Below are positions 1 to 14,407 of a stretch of DNA of 64,000 nucleotides, one piece after another. This DNA comes from the human T2T-CHM13v2.0 reference genome, Homo sapiens: assembly GCF_009914755.1 (NCBI RefSeq), contig NC_060927.1; one strand, given 5' to 3'. The notes under the pieces were generated by a model. The model searched no databases, had not been told where the DNA came from, and saw only the letters and a program-made list of their open reading frames with translations. How positions within the stretch are numbered: position 1 is the stretch's first letter; each line of letters begins with the position of its first letter. A program made the position numbers and the translations under genes.

Positions 1-968
1 TTCTTATCCATGAGCATGGATGTGTTTCCATTTGTTTCTGTCCTCTCTGATTTCTTTGAGCAGTGGTTTGTCGTTCTCCTTGAAGAAGTCCTTCACTTCC
101 CTTGTTAGCTGTATTCCTAGGTATTTTATTCTTTTTATGGCAATTGTGAATGGGAATTCATTTGCGATTTTGCTCTTGGTTTGCCTGTTGTTGGTGAATG
201 CTAGCAATTTTTGCATATTGACTTTGTGTCCTGATACTGTGTTGAAGTTGCTTATCAGCTTAAGAAGCTTCTGGGCTGAGATGATGGGGTTTTCTAGATA
301 TAGGATTATGTCATTTGCAAACAAAGATAATTTGACTTTCTCCTTTCCTATTTGAATACTATTTCTTTCTCTTGCTTGATTTCCCTGGCCATAATTTCGA
401 ATATTGTGTTGAATAGGAGAGATGAGAGAGGCAATCCTTATCTTGTTCCAGTTTTCAAGGGAATGCTTCCAGCTTTTGCATTCAGTATGATATTGGCTGT
501 GGGTTTGTCTTTTATGGCTCTTATTATTTTGAGGTATGTTCCTTCAATACCTAGTTTATTGAGAGTTTTTTACATGAAAGGATGTTGAATTTTATCAAAG
601 GTCTTGTCTGCATCTATTCAGATAATCATGTGTTTTTTGTCTTTAGTTCTGTTTATGTGATTCATCACATTTATTGATTTGCATATGTTGAACCAACGTT
701 GCATCCTGGGGATGAAGCCAACTTGATCATGGTGGATAAGCTTTTTGATGTGCTGCTGGCTTTGGTTTGCCAGTATTTTGACGAGGATTTTTGCACTGAT
801 GTTCATCAAGGATATTGGCCTGAAGTTTTCTTTTTTTGTTGTATCTATACCAGGTTTTGGTATCAGGATGATACTGGCCTCATAGAATGAGTTAGGGAGG
901 AGTCCCTCCTTCTCTATTTTTTGGAATAGTGTCAGTAGGAATGGCATCATCTCTTCTTTATACCTCTG
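1..968 (-). mobile_element. LINE-1 ORF2 fragment (older primate L1PA/L1PB), 5'-truncated, runs off the window start
   Basis: ORFs 4..324 and 618..950 on - give degenerate ORF2p RT-region peptides ([29 protein letters not shown]). Confidence 0.9.
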
Positions 969-2059
969 CCCTCTATCTTTCCTTTAAAGTATCTTCTAGT
1001 AAAGGATCAGGTCCGGTCCATGAATTAGGTGAAATCCAGTATCCCCAAATCCTAAACAGTGCTGACTAAACTAGTTTTGAAAATAAATTTAGAATTATCA
1101 CTTCTTTACCATTTGTTTAGCTCACAGAATATGTACTGATTCTGCATCACATATTTAACCATCTTCTTTACCTAGATTTCCCACCTGCCCTTATGATTCT
1201 ATCATTAAACATAGAATCTGAGCACCTGTTTGTAATAAACACAACTAGAGTTTCACCTTAAACACATATTCTATAAAAAATAAGCAAATATGGAGTAGAA
1301 AATAGCATCCAAGTATACTAACATTTTTTTAGGTTCAGGTCTTGATATCCATTAATATTGTGGCTTAAAATTTTTTAGGCTAATCCTGAGTTTTTAAAGG
1401 CTTAGTGCAAATGAGTGCATGCTTATTCCATGGCTGATTTAAACCTGTACACTTCTTGCAGTTCTATTTAATGTCTCTACCTGCAGCAGTCTGCCTGGCT
1501 AGAGCAGTGGAAGATAGCAGCACTTTAGATAAGCACTGGCCTTAAAAACTATCTATTGACACTATGCTCATTTGCTTCTTGTGCGGTATTCATCAATATA
1601 TTACTAATACTTCACTATCATTTTACATAGCAGAGTTTACAACTTTTTTTTGCTACAGACCTGATGAATTTCAGTTTTGTTAAAAATAAAAATTCTACAC
1701 CTTGAAAGCAGAATATATAAAATACTTTAAACTGTACACAGTGTTTTTATTCTTTTTAAAAATTGTATTAAAATAGATATAAGATAAAATTTACCATCTT
1801 AATCATTTTTAAATGTACAGTTCATTGGTGATTTAAGTTTTTAACTATGATTAATTGTCCTAAAATTTTTTTCCTAAGCAATATAAAAGTGACCTGATAC
1901 AGAAAATGCCAAATGGCAGTTTCTCATCATTTTCAACACCACTTATTTTTTTATGATATGGGCTAAGGAACTCTTTATAACACCATCTTTGATAGTTAGG
2001 CATTAGAATTACCTTGTAGTGAAACAATATCGTTTTGTAGCAGCTTAACACACAAACTC

Positions 2060-2250
2060 TCTAGGTTGTCTGTTATGAATTACAGCTCTGTCTTACTCTC
2101 TATGTAAACTTATGCAAGTTCTAAACTCAGTGCCTCTACTTTCTCATCTGTAAAATGAGGATTCTAGTGCCTACTTTATAAGCTTGTTAAAAAGCTAAAT
2201 GAGTTATTTGTGAAGCGCTTAGGATGGTGCCTGTCAGTACTATATGAGCA
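2060..2250. mobile_element. MIR SINE remnant
   Basis: CTCAGTGCCTCTACTTTCTCATCTGTAAAATGAGG core followed by GTGAAGCGCTTAGGATGGTGCCTG. Confidence 0.65.
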
Positions 2251-2986
2251 TTGAAGAACTTAGTAAGTTTAAAATATTAGGTTCATTAAATTGTAGAACT
2301 CCTATAGAAATTAAATATATACACAGCCAACTTCTCTCTATTGTGAATAGAGTGCCTATCTCATTTTTTGGACTGTAGACATCAAATGATAATCTCACAT
2401 AGTCTTCATTTGTTGTTAAAAATGCTGAGGTTCAGGTTAAGTGACTTGCCTGAGGTTACACAGCAGCAGAACCAGGACTCAAGCCCAGATCTTATGATTA
2501 CAAACTCCAGATTTTTATACTGTATGTCAACCTGCTTGAAATTTACATCGGGGCATCTGCTTCTCATCTTCATAAGCATACCAAATTCATAATAAGCTAT
2601 CATTTGTAAACTGGAAAGCCGCACAGGCCTTCTTATTGATCAACTGTTGTTAATTCAGCCAACCTGATTAATTAGCTTAACCTTTAACCAGGGTCTTTCA
2701 AAGTTGGAATAAAGATGTGAAAGGTCTTTTCGTCATGCTTAGCGCATTGATTTCTTGCCATGGATTTGAAGGCTCTTCATGTTGTCATTAAAACCTAGGA
2801 TTTATTTCATTCCCTTTTAACATAGCAGTAACTGGTTATTATTAATACAAATGTTGTTATCCTGTTGCCATTGTTCGTTTTGTGTTTTTTTGTTTGTTTA
2901 TATTTGTTTGTTTTGATCTACTCTTGGTTCCCAGGCTTGCTGGTCGTCACATTCTGCTGTAGAGCTCCTTAAAAATACCTATTCTT

Positions 2987-3297
2987 GGCCAGGCACGGTG
3001 GCTCATGCCTGTAATCCCAGCACTTTGGGAGGCCATGGCGGGTGGATCATGAGGTCAGGAGATTGAGACCATCCTGGCTAACACGGTGAAACCCTGTCTC
3101 CACTAAAAATACAAAAAATTAGCCAGGCATGCTGGCAGGCGCCTCTAGTCCCAGCTACTCAGGAGGCTGAGGCAGGAAAATGGCGTGAACCCGGGAGGCG
3201 GAGGTGGCAGTGAGCCAAGATTGCACCACTGCACTCCAGCCTGGGTGACAGAGCGAGACTCTGTCTCCAAAGAAAAAAAAAAACAAAAAACAAAAAA
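2987..3297 (+). mobile_element. Alu (AluY-like), full length
   Basis: Dimer with GAGACCATCCTGGCTAACACGG and AATGGCGTGAACCC diagnostics, A tail, degenerate TSD ending TATTCTT on both sides. Confidence 0.92.
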
Positions 3298-6200
3298 CGT
3301 ATTCTTGAAATCACTCTCCTTGGTAAATCTCAAGAACCACTGTATAGCAGATTATTTTCCCAAAATATCTTCTGTGTGGTACTGGAATTAACTAAAGAAG
3401 ATATTTATGTGAAAGTGTATTGTTTGTATTGTGTTTATTGTGTTTACTCTATGGAATGTATGAAAGTATTTATGAAGCTGTGGTACTGAAGAAGCCAGGA
3501 AAATCTTGGGCAGGATTGTGACATTAAACTCCCTTGTCCTTTTAAATATGTTTCTTCTTTTGGTGGTGCCTGATTTTCTCTCTGCTGTGACATCCAGAGC
3601 CCTCTCATTTTCTCTTCTCAAAATCTGATTTCAGGTCTATCACACTGTATGACTGGCATATTGGTGATATAAAAATTGTTTTCCAAAAGGATGTCACTCC
3701 AGATAGTGGACAAACCTAAAATGTCAGATTGGGGCTTCTTTAAAAAAAATTGCCACATGTAGCAGTTGTTTATTCCTTCTAGATAGGAAAAGAGCTTAGA
3801 TATTCAAAACTTTTAGTAAATATATGTTAAAGTCTAGGTGAATACAAAGCTTAATCTAGTACCTTGTGATTTTTCTGATTGGTTCATTGGAGCCATTTTA
3901 TCATAAACTGCTTCATTTCCTACCTCCCCAGCCCTACCTGCAATGTTGCAGGGAGTACCCAGTTAGGAATTTGGTCTTCTGTCTTGATATTTTCCAATAT
4001 TTCAAGCCAAGTAATGGAATTACACTATAAAGATTTGACTCCCAAATTTTCTAATTATTTTTCTCTGGCTAATTTCTTCTCTAGTGCCCATTGCATTCTT
4101 GGCATTATCTGTCAATCTGATGTAAGGGGTCACACTAAACAGAGCTAGACTTTTTTTTTTTTTTTTTTAGCTTTAATAGTTTACACTTTCCAGTGGCATG
4201 AAGAGTGGGGTACATAAGTTGTTTTGATCTTAAAATTCTGCTGGGTTAAGGAAGCAAAATTACTATTTGTGTCTGTAGGAAACTTAAGCAGAGTAAGCAA
4301 CAAGTCAGTAATAGTTTTTAAGCAATATTTGCTTCAAGTATTCAATAATTTGAATAAGCTGTCTAAATAAACCATATTTGATTATTTGAAGATTGTATGA
4401 ACCTATGTTAAAGTGACAGGTGAGTGGGAAGGCAGATATTATTAGAAAGCCAAGGAGGCTAACTAAATCTATGGATTCTCTGATGCACATGGGTATAATG
4501 TGGCAATCTTCCAGTTTGTATCAAAGGAACAGGAATGTTCTTACTGTCTGGATTACTGGTTGCTGTTGCAGAAATCCAATTTAAAGAAGACAAGATATCC
4601 TAGTGATTAAGTTTCTACTGAACTGCTTTAAGTGAAAACGATCTGCCCAACAGAGGAAAAGAGCGATAGCTTTGGTACAATAGTAAATAGAATGATGCGT
4701 CAGTGCAATACATGGTTAGAGTCAGCTACACTGCAACTTTGAATGTATAAATAGCAGTAATTGACATAAATCTCTAGGCAGATACTTTATAATAGGTGGT
4801 AGTGTTGGTTTTTAAACATTTAGTGGTGATGCAGTCCAAAGGATAATAATTTTTTATTTCTTTAGATTATGAGATCTATGACTTATATCCACATGTTGCT
4901 ACAGACATATAAGAAATAATTTAAAGTAATGATCAATATTTGAAATCATACCAATGAATTTTTGAAGCTCTATAAAGAAGATTGTAAGTATGTGTGATTC
5001 CAGTTTTCCAGATTTTAAATATATAAACATTGTGTCTAAAAGATAAATTTTCTAAATTGAAGGTGCTTATATTTGCAGTTAGCTTTAATATTGATATTTG
5101 AATTGATAATTTTAGATTATAGATGTTGTCATTGTACCTAGAGTGTTGTTATGAGGTTCTTCCACCCCCCAGATTGGTCATACTAAGAACATTTGATTGA
5201 ATTACTTTAGTTTTAAAGTTAGGTACCATTTTTTGTATAATATTATACTTGACATTAGACACACATTTTTTTCAAGAAAAAAGTGCTACCAATACTAGAG
5301 GATAAATCAGTGACCTATGAAATACTTTACAGACCTAAATTGTTTACCCAAAATGAAGTTTTATATTATTTTAGTATCACTGTAATACCAGGTGATCATT
5401 ATGTTTATAAATTTTTCTTTTTCCTTTGTAGAGGCTAATCACATAATTCAGGATTAAAAAATGTAGCAGCCTTTCATTTTCATCTCCAGTTTCCTGACTG
5501 GGTTGTTTTTCATGCCACCTTGAACGAAATATATCTATTTATACTACTCAATAAATATTTACTCAACTCCTATTATTTGAAATTCTTCTAGGTTCCAAAG
5601 TGAACAAAATAGACCAAATTGAATGCCCTCATAAAATTTAAATTAGTGGAATAAGACATGTAATAAATAAATAAATAAGAAAAACAGTATAGTATGTTAG
5701 TTATTTTTGAGTGCTATGTAGAAAAATTAGGGGAAAACAATAGGCAGAGTTAAGAAGTAGAATACCAAGGGGTGGGAAGGAAAGACTGTCACCTCCCTAT
5801 CTATTCTAATATTCAAAGCCACATAGCTAGGACATTCTTCCCTACAATTAACCAGACACCAGTGGTTGGTTGTTAATAATTTTTTCTTGATTGTATTTTT
5901 CTCTTTCTTTTACTGCGAAAAGTAGTCAGGCCCCTTACATTCTCATATGTCAGGGGAGTTTTCTGTTGTGGTGGTCAAAAGCAGGGTTTCCTTGTTTTCC
6001 GGATCTGAGTTCCTTGAGGGTGGGCAGGGCAGACTGGGAACACAAAGGCCAGGGCCACTGCGAGGGAGACACAGGAATAGCAAGACAGAGAAGATAGTCT
6101 CTCACACTTGGAAGAGAACAGAAGTCTGTCAGTGCCCTGGGCATGTGGCAGTACCCTGAAGAAGAATAGCACCATGGTATACCCAGGGAGGTTGAACCCA

Positions 6201-7589
6201 TGCTATCAAGGCTCCTAGACTCTGAAAAGATTATTTTGTGAAGGTGTGGCAAAGAAGGTGTTGGGCTGCCTAACTTCGAGGGACTTGAACAAAAATAATA
6301 TTCATGTAACCATGATGGGCTGAAGAGCAGTGATCTGCCCTCATTTTTCAAGCACCTTTTAGGCACAATGACTTTCTGATTTATGTGAACCTAGGGAATG
6401 TAAAAGGTGGCCCCAAAATGACAGAGATCAAATTTCTTATTATCCTGGTTGGATGAGCACTGTCACATTCAATTTGATTTTGCAAATATGAGGTAATATG
6501 ACATTGCTTATACATTCAAGTTTGAAAATTAAGATTTATCCTGCTACAACCCCAGGTTATTATTTATTACATCTTGATTATTTCTCTTGTAGAGGAAAAA
6601 AGTCTTAAAATAGGAAACAACAGAAGACATGAATTTCTGCCAGATTGCAAATTTCTCTCCACGGGCCTCACTGGTGGACAAACCCTTATGTATTTTTTTC
6701 CTTGATTTTGTTACTCCACATTAGTATGCAGAAATAGCACAAACCTTGTTCAGCGAGTCCAAAGTTATTGAAAAGAGACATTCAACTTCTTCCTTAAGGA
6801 AATGGGAAAGGAAAAATGAGGTTAAGGCTTTCAGTTGGTCAATAATACCTGATTAAAACAAGATCACATAGAACAGTGGTTTACAAACTTTTCACTTTTG
6901 GACACAGCTAGGGATTTTCTCAGACATAGAGCATTATCTTCTCTGTCTAGCCATATGTTTAGTCTCAAACCTCACTCTTGCTCCAAACATTTCCATGCTT
7001 ATTCATTTATCAAAAATAATCTTATTTATATTCATAAGTTTACATAAATTTTTAGTCTAAGTGTCTTTCTTCTCTTTCTATAATTATTACTTCCTTTATC
7101 CTCCACTGAAAATTTAATAAAACTGATTGAGAAAACTCAAGTTGCCAAAGTAATATAAACATATTAAGGATATAATATCCTTTCTTGGAATCATAGGATT
7201 TACTGGAATGTGATGATCATGATACCCACTCCTTCCTATGGTCTCATCTGGAGTTACTGGTATTAACCCTTGACTTTATAAGCTAGGTTCTTGGAAGTTT
7301 TTACTACAGAGCTGCCTTGAAAATGTTTAAATTTAAATTTTAAATTAAAAAAATTAAAATTTGTCTGTTTTGCTGTTGGGAGAGAAGCTTATTTGAAAAT
7401 TCTAAAATTAATAGATATACTCAGATTTTAGTGAAAGTCTTTAGAACCTCAAGCTAAGTACAAAAATAATTATTTTTGCATTGCAAAGTGAGGTACAAGA
7501 GTATGTATGCAGGATTTACAAGGAGGTGCCAAACTTGCTTGGCATACCTTAACCCAATTTTATAAAAGGGTGGAGGTTGAACATACAGA

Positions 7590-7735
7590 AATTTTTTGGT
7601 GGTGGTACATGCTTGTAGTCCTAGTTACTTGGAAGGCTGAGGTGGGAGGATCCCTTGAGCTCAGGGGTTCAAGGGTCCAGTGAGCTATGATCATGCCACT
7701 GCAGTCCAGACTGTTCAACAGAGCAAGACCCTCTG
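7590..7735 (+). mobile_element. Old Alu right-arm monomer (AluJ/FRAM-like)
   Basis: GGCTGAGGTGGGAGGATCCCTTGAGC...CCACTGCAGTCCAG. Confidence 0.75.
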
Positions 7736-7895
7736 AAAGAAAGAAGGAGGGAGGGAAGGACAGAGGAAAGGAGGGAAGGAAGGAAGGAAGGAGAGAAGAA
7801 AAGAAGAAAGGGAAGGGAGAGAGAAAAGAAGGGAAAGAGAAGTAAAGGGAAGGGAAGGAAAAGAGAAGGAAAGGGAATGAAAAGAAATCAAAAGG
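7736..7895 (+). repeat. Purine-rich (GAAG/GGAA)n low-complexity tract at the Alu tail
   Basis: Nearly pure G/A run seen directly. Confidence 0.9.
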
Positions 7896-9759
7896 AAAAT
7901 TTTGGGGGAGGAAATTTTGGTATATTGTGGCATTTTCTCTATACCTCCTTCATCCCTATCTTGGGGAAAAGAAGATGGCCATTTTTCTTTACCTCATGTG
8001 TAGTACAAGGGTGTTTTTTTGTTTATTTTATTATTTTTTATTTTTTTGAATGCCTGATGAATGTGTCTTGGAGCTTGAGCAATACAGTATATTGATATAA
8101 AACTTCTCCCTGAGAAATCTACACACTGAAAACTGAAGACAGATGGTAGCACTGGAATGGCCAGCATTATTCCAGTTTTCAGGAGCAATGATGCAGACAA
8201 CATGGGAAGAGCCAGGGGTCAGTTTAAAAGGGTCTTCACCCAAAAGGGCTTCCTGCCTTCATGCAACCTAAGCAGAAAGAGGCAGAATATGATAATGAGA
8301 TATAGGTTGAAAGCAACCAACTAAAAAAAAGACATTGTTCCTCTCGAGGAAGTTGGCAATCAGATGTTCCTAGTTGGGAGAGAAGACCCTCTAACAACCC
8401 GCAAAGCACACTGTAGTAAAAAAAAAATACTTCAAGCCCAGAGAGCACCAATCCTAGATTGCCATAATAGAAGACAAATAAATATATTTTCTGCAATTTC
8501 TTTTGTATTCTCCATATCTAACTCTTTCAGCCACAGAGGACTCAGAACATAGTGGGGGAGAAGAAGAAGCATAGATGGACAAGGAGAACCACTGGCAGCC
8601 TGAAGTGTACCCCTAGCTTGTAGGGCACAGGAGCTTTAACTTGAAGTGAAGCTTAGAATTTTGTTTCTTACATGCTAGAGGACACTTTGGATTTTTAATA
8701 TTGGGGGGAGTAAAACTAATTTCAGGACATTTTATTATTTTAGTGTTATCAGAAACATCACAGGAACTGCTGTAGATTTTAGCCATGGCTTAAGAAACAT
8801 CTGGATTACAGTTGAAAAAGTTTGAATGGCAGTTGCTTTCTGCTTAAGCTTGAATCCTATTTTGAATAGTATTTGTCTTTGAGAATAATTATTTGTTAAA
8901 TATGAACTTAATTATCTATTTGATTGCTGGTTAGAAAGGTAAATGTAAATGTTTCCATGCTTTCAAAAGATAATTTTTCTAAATGTAGTTTTTACCTTAG
9001 TTTTACCTTATTTATAAAACAGCTTTGTTTCCTTTGCTAATTTGTTTCTAAAATATAATATAAATGTGTTCCAAACCAAATATTTATCTCTTTAAATGCT
9101 ATTGTATTTTAAGATGGAACTTAACCATAATGGTATTACTGTAGTTCATTCAAGCATGATGTTCATTCATCTTTCACAAACTTTATCCAGTAATTAGTAT
9201 ATGGAATGAATCTATTATATTTAGTGAGATGCTGAGTCTTTGCTTCTTTCTTGTCAATCCAGAAGCCTTTCAGTGAAAGATTCAAATTGAAAGATTATGA
9301 TAATGTCTAAAAGAGCTAAGTTTATGAGAATGATTTCAAACAAACTTGTTTGTTAACTTCTCAAAATAATGGAGTTAAATAAATGCGAATTACTTCAACA
9401 TCTCACGAAAAGAACATGAACTCATTTTACATTTTTATTTTAATTAGAGAAAAAACTGGTTGTTCAGGTGGGAAATTTGAATTTTTAAAAGTAGGTAGGA
9501 TTGCTACTATTATGTAATATTATTCTGGTCTAATTGGCTAATATAATTAACCAAAGAAAGAATCAAAAGTGCCCACACAAGAAAGGAAGAAGAAAAATTA
9601 CATTATTGTAGACAATTATATACCTGTAAAACCCAAGGAACTCAAACAATCAAACAAAAAAAAACTATGGTAAACAAAACTATTATAAACAATAGGAAAA
9701 AACGATTAAAAGCATAAGAAAATTCAGTAGTGTGTCAGGTCATAGTCTTTCTGCCTTAA

Positions 9760-10255
9760 AGACACAAGCCCATGAATGTTCATCACAGCATCATTCACAA
9801 TAGCAAATACATGGAATCAACCTAGATGCCCATCATTGGTAGGCTGGATAAAGAAAATGTAGTACATAGACACTATGGAATACTACGTAGCCATAAAAAG
9901 AACAAAATCATGTCATTTGTAGCAATATAGATGGAGTCAGAGGTCATTATCCTAAGAGAATCAGTGCAGGAACAGAAAGCCAAATACTGCATGTTCTCAC
10001 TTCTAAGTGGAAGCTGAACATTGAGTACACATGGACACAAAGATAGGAACAGTAGACACCAGGGCCTACTTGAGGCAATCTTCTAGTAGGGTGGGAGGAC
10101 AATGAAGATAGAAAAACTACCTATTGGGTACCGTGCTCATTGCCTGGGTGATGAAATAATCTGTACACCAAACCCACATAACACACAATTTACCCATGTA
10201 ATGGACCTGAACATGTGCCCCCTGAACCCAAAATAAAAGTTGGAAGGAAAAAATA
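9760..10255 (+). mobile_element. L1 3' end (L1PA15/16-like)
   Basis: GAATGTTCATCACAGCATCATTCACAATAGC...GAACCCAAAATAAAAGTTGG 3' UTR. Confidence 0.85.
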
Positions 10256-10391
10256 AAGAAGTAACCATTTTGAAAATATGAAGAGACTAAAATTCTCATT
10301 TATAATAGCAACAAAACATAAATAATACACTGGTGTAAGCCTAAGAAGCAATGTGCAAGATCTGTGTGAATTAAACTTCAAAATGCTGCTA

Positions 10392-10721
<330 letters not shown>

Positions 10722-13700
10722 CATGAGTAAATGGAAAGATATAATCCTCTTCTCTTCTTGATGTGGAAGATTTAATATGGAAGATGTCAGTTCTCCTTAA
10801 ATTAATTTAAATGCCATCTCAATTAAAAAAAACAATTGAGACTTTTGACAAACTAATTATAAATTTGTTGGAAGGTTGAACAAAAGAGAGAGTTAGGCCT
10901 ATAAAATATGATAGATATAACAAGATGTCACTAGTTAAGGCAATATGGTACTAATAGTGATTTGACAGATTAATAGAAATATATAGAAATTCCACAAATA
11001 AACTCAAAAGTACTTGAAAGTATAGTTAATGGTTCAGGTTGTATTCAAATAAGAAAAGTTGTATTGTTTAATAAATGGGATGGGTACAAATAGTAACCTG
11101 CGGAAAAAAATGTCCAAACTAGTTCTACAAGGAAGAAAGACTTAAATGAACAAAAAAGAAAACACAAAAGTACTAAAATACAAACTACAAACAGAGGAGA
11201 ATATTTGTAGTACATAGAGGAAAGGGATATTTAAAAAATATATAAAAATATTATTTTACAGTCAGTAAGAAAAAGACCATTATACGTACTAACACAGGAC
11301 TTGAATCATCATTCCATATAAAAGAAAATATAAATGGCTTTTAAAAAACAATCACAACCTACTGATTGTAGATCTCTATGGCATTGAGAGAACATAGGCA
11401 GTAGCCAGGTAGTGGTTACAGTGGGCCTTGGGTGAGACCCAGTACTGTGCTGGCTTCAGATCTGACTCAGTGCATTCCCAGTGGTGGTGGCCACAAGGGT
11501 GCTTGTGTCACCTCACCCCCAGCCCCAGGTGACTCACAGAGAGCAAGACTCTGTTTGTTTGTAAGTAAGTCAAGGAACATGAGTCTCTGCCTGATATTCT
11601 AGAGAATTCTTCTAGATCTTATCCAACACTCTATGAGTCTGCAAGAGCCATAGCATTACTAGGCTTACGGGGCTCACTAATGCAGATACAGCTTAGATCA
11701 CAACACTCAAGCTCTTTTAAATACCTGGAAAGCTTTCCCAAAAACAGCAGGTGCAAACAAACCCATATCGTGAAGACTACAATAAATACCTAACTCTTTA
11801 ATGCCCAGACACTGATGAACATGCACAAGCATCAAGACCATCCAGGAAAACATGACCTCACCAAACAAAGTAAATAAAGCAACAGGGACTAATCCTGAAG
11901 AGATACGTGACCTTTCAGACAGAATTCAAAATAGCTGTTTTGAGGAACTCAAAGAAATTCAAGATAACACAGAGAAGGAATTTCAAATTCTATCAGATTA
12001 ATTGAAGAAAGAGATTGAAATAATTGAAAAGAATTAAGCAGAAGTTCTGGGTTGAAAAAATGCAATTGACATAGTGAAGAAAGCATCAGAGTCTCAATAG
12101 CAGAATTGATCAAGCAGAAGAAAGAATTAATGAGCTTGAAGACAGGCTATTTGAAAATACAAAGAAGAGACAAAAGAGAAAAAAAAAGAACGAAGCACAC
12201 CTACGATATCTAGAAAATAGCCTCAAGAGGGCAAATCTAACAGTTATTGGCCTTAAAGAGGAAGTAAAGAAAGAGATAGTGGTAGAAAATTTATTTAAAG
12301 GGATAATAACAGAGAATTTCCCAAACATAGAGAAAGATATCAGTATCCAAGTATGAGAATATTATAGGATATCAAGCAGAATTAACACAAAGAAGACTAC
12401 TTCAGGGCATTTAATAATCAAACTTCCAAAGGTCAAGGATAAAGAAAGGATCCTAAAAGCAGCAAGAAAAAAGAAACAAATAACAAACAATGGTACTCCG
12501 ATATACCTGTCAGCAAACTGTTCAGTGGAAACCTTACAGGCCAGGAGAGAGTGGCATGACATATTTGAAGTGCTGAAGTAGAAAAACTTTTACCCTAGAA
12601 TAGCATATCTAGCAAAAATATCCTTCAAACATGCAGGAGAAATAAAGATTTTCCCAGACAAACAAAAGCTGAGAGATTTCCTCAACACCAGACCTGTCCT
12701 ACAAGAAATGATAAAAAGAGTACTTCAATCAGAAAGAAAAGGATCTTCCTGAGCAATACAACATCATCTGAAGATCCAAAACTCACTGGCAATAGAAAGT
12801 ACACAGAAAAACACAGAATGTTATAACACTGTTAACTGTGTTGTGTAAACTGCTCTTCGGTGGAAAGACTAAAAGATGAACCAATCAAAAATAGTAACTG
12901 CAACAACTTTTCAAGACATAGAGAGTAAAATAAGATATAAATAGAAACAATAAAAAGTTAAAAAGAGGGAGGAAGGAGTTAAAGTTCAGAGGTGTTTTCT
13001 TTTTGCTTATTAGTTTGTTACATGTAAGAACATGTAAGCAGTGTTGTTATCAGCTTAAAATAATGGGTTATAATATTTACAAGCCTCATGGTAATCACAA
13101 ATCAAAAAACATACAACAGGTACACAAATTAAAAAGCAATAAATTTAAGTTTGCTACCAGGAAAAATAACCTTCATTAAAAGGAAGAGAAGAAGGAAGGA
13201 AAGAAGGAAGACTGTAAAACAACCAGAAAACAAATAACAAAATGGCAGGAGTAAGTCCTTTCTTATCGATAATAACATTGAATGTAAATGGACTGAACTC
13301 TCCAATCAAAAGACATAGAGTGGCTGAATGGATATAAAAATAAGGTCCAATGATCCATTGCTTACAAGAAACATACTTCACTTATAAAGACACAGGTAGA
13401 CTGAAAATAAAAGATGGAAAAAGATATTCCATGCCAGTGGAAACCACAAAAGAGCATGAGTAGATATACTTAATACCAGACAATATAGGTTTCAAGACAA
13501 AAACTGTAAGAAGAGACAAAGAAGATTATTATATAATGATAAAGGAGTTCATTCATCAAGAGGATATAACAGTTGTAAATATGTATATATATATGCATGT
13601 ATATGTGTGTATATATATATGATATATATATGTATATATATATGCACCCAACACTGGAGCACCCAGATATATAAAGCAAATATTATTAAAGCTAAAGAGA

Positions 13701-14109
13701 TAGATAGGTCCCAATACAGTAATAGCTGGAGAATTCAACATCCCACTTTCAGCATTGGATAGATCTTCCAGACAGAAAATCAACAAGGAAACATCAGACT
13801 TAGTCTGCACTTTGGAACATATAGACCTAATAGACATTTACAGAACATTTCATCCTATGGCTGCAGAATGCACATTCTTTTCCTCAGCACATGGATGATT
13901 CTAAAGATAGACCATATGTTAGGTCACAAAACAAGTCTTAAAACATTCAAAAAAATTGAACGTATGTCAGGTATCTTCTCTTACTACAATGCAATAAAAC
14001 TAGAAATAAATAACAAGAAGAGTTTTGGAAACTATATAAACACATGGAAATTAAACAGTATGCTCCTGAATAACCAGTGGTTCAATGCAGAAATTAAAAA
14101 GGAAATTTA

Positions 14110-14407
14110 GGCCGGGTGCAGTGGCTCGCGCCTGTAATCCCAGCACTTCGGAAGGCCGAGGCTGGCAGATCATGAAGTCAGGAGACCGAGACCATCCTGG
14201 CCAACATGGTAAATAAAACCCCATCTCTATGAAAAATACAAAAATTAGCTGGGTGTGGTGGCGCATGCCGGTAATCCCAGCTATTCGGGAGGCTAAGGCA
14301 GAATTGCTTGAACCACTGAGTCAGAGGTTGCAGTGAGCCGAGATCGCGTCACAGCACTCTAGCCTGGTGACAGAGCGAGACTCCGTCTTAAAAAAAAAAA
14401 AAAAAAA
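14110..14407 (+). mobile_element. Alu (AluSc-like) inserted in L1
   Basis: Full dimer, poly(A), TSD AAGGAAATTTA at 14099-14109 and 14413-14423. Confidence 0.92.

Noticed and set aside
4500-4760. Cluster of TCF (ATCAAAG), TEAD (GGAATG) and SOX (ACAATAG)-like words as an enhancer
   Set aside because: Short motifs are expected by chance; needs conservation or chromatin data.
5810-6420. GC-richer block with several overlapping ORFs (up to 138 aa)
   Set aside because: No recognisable protein; it looks like an ancient LTR-like remnant that I cannot assign.
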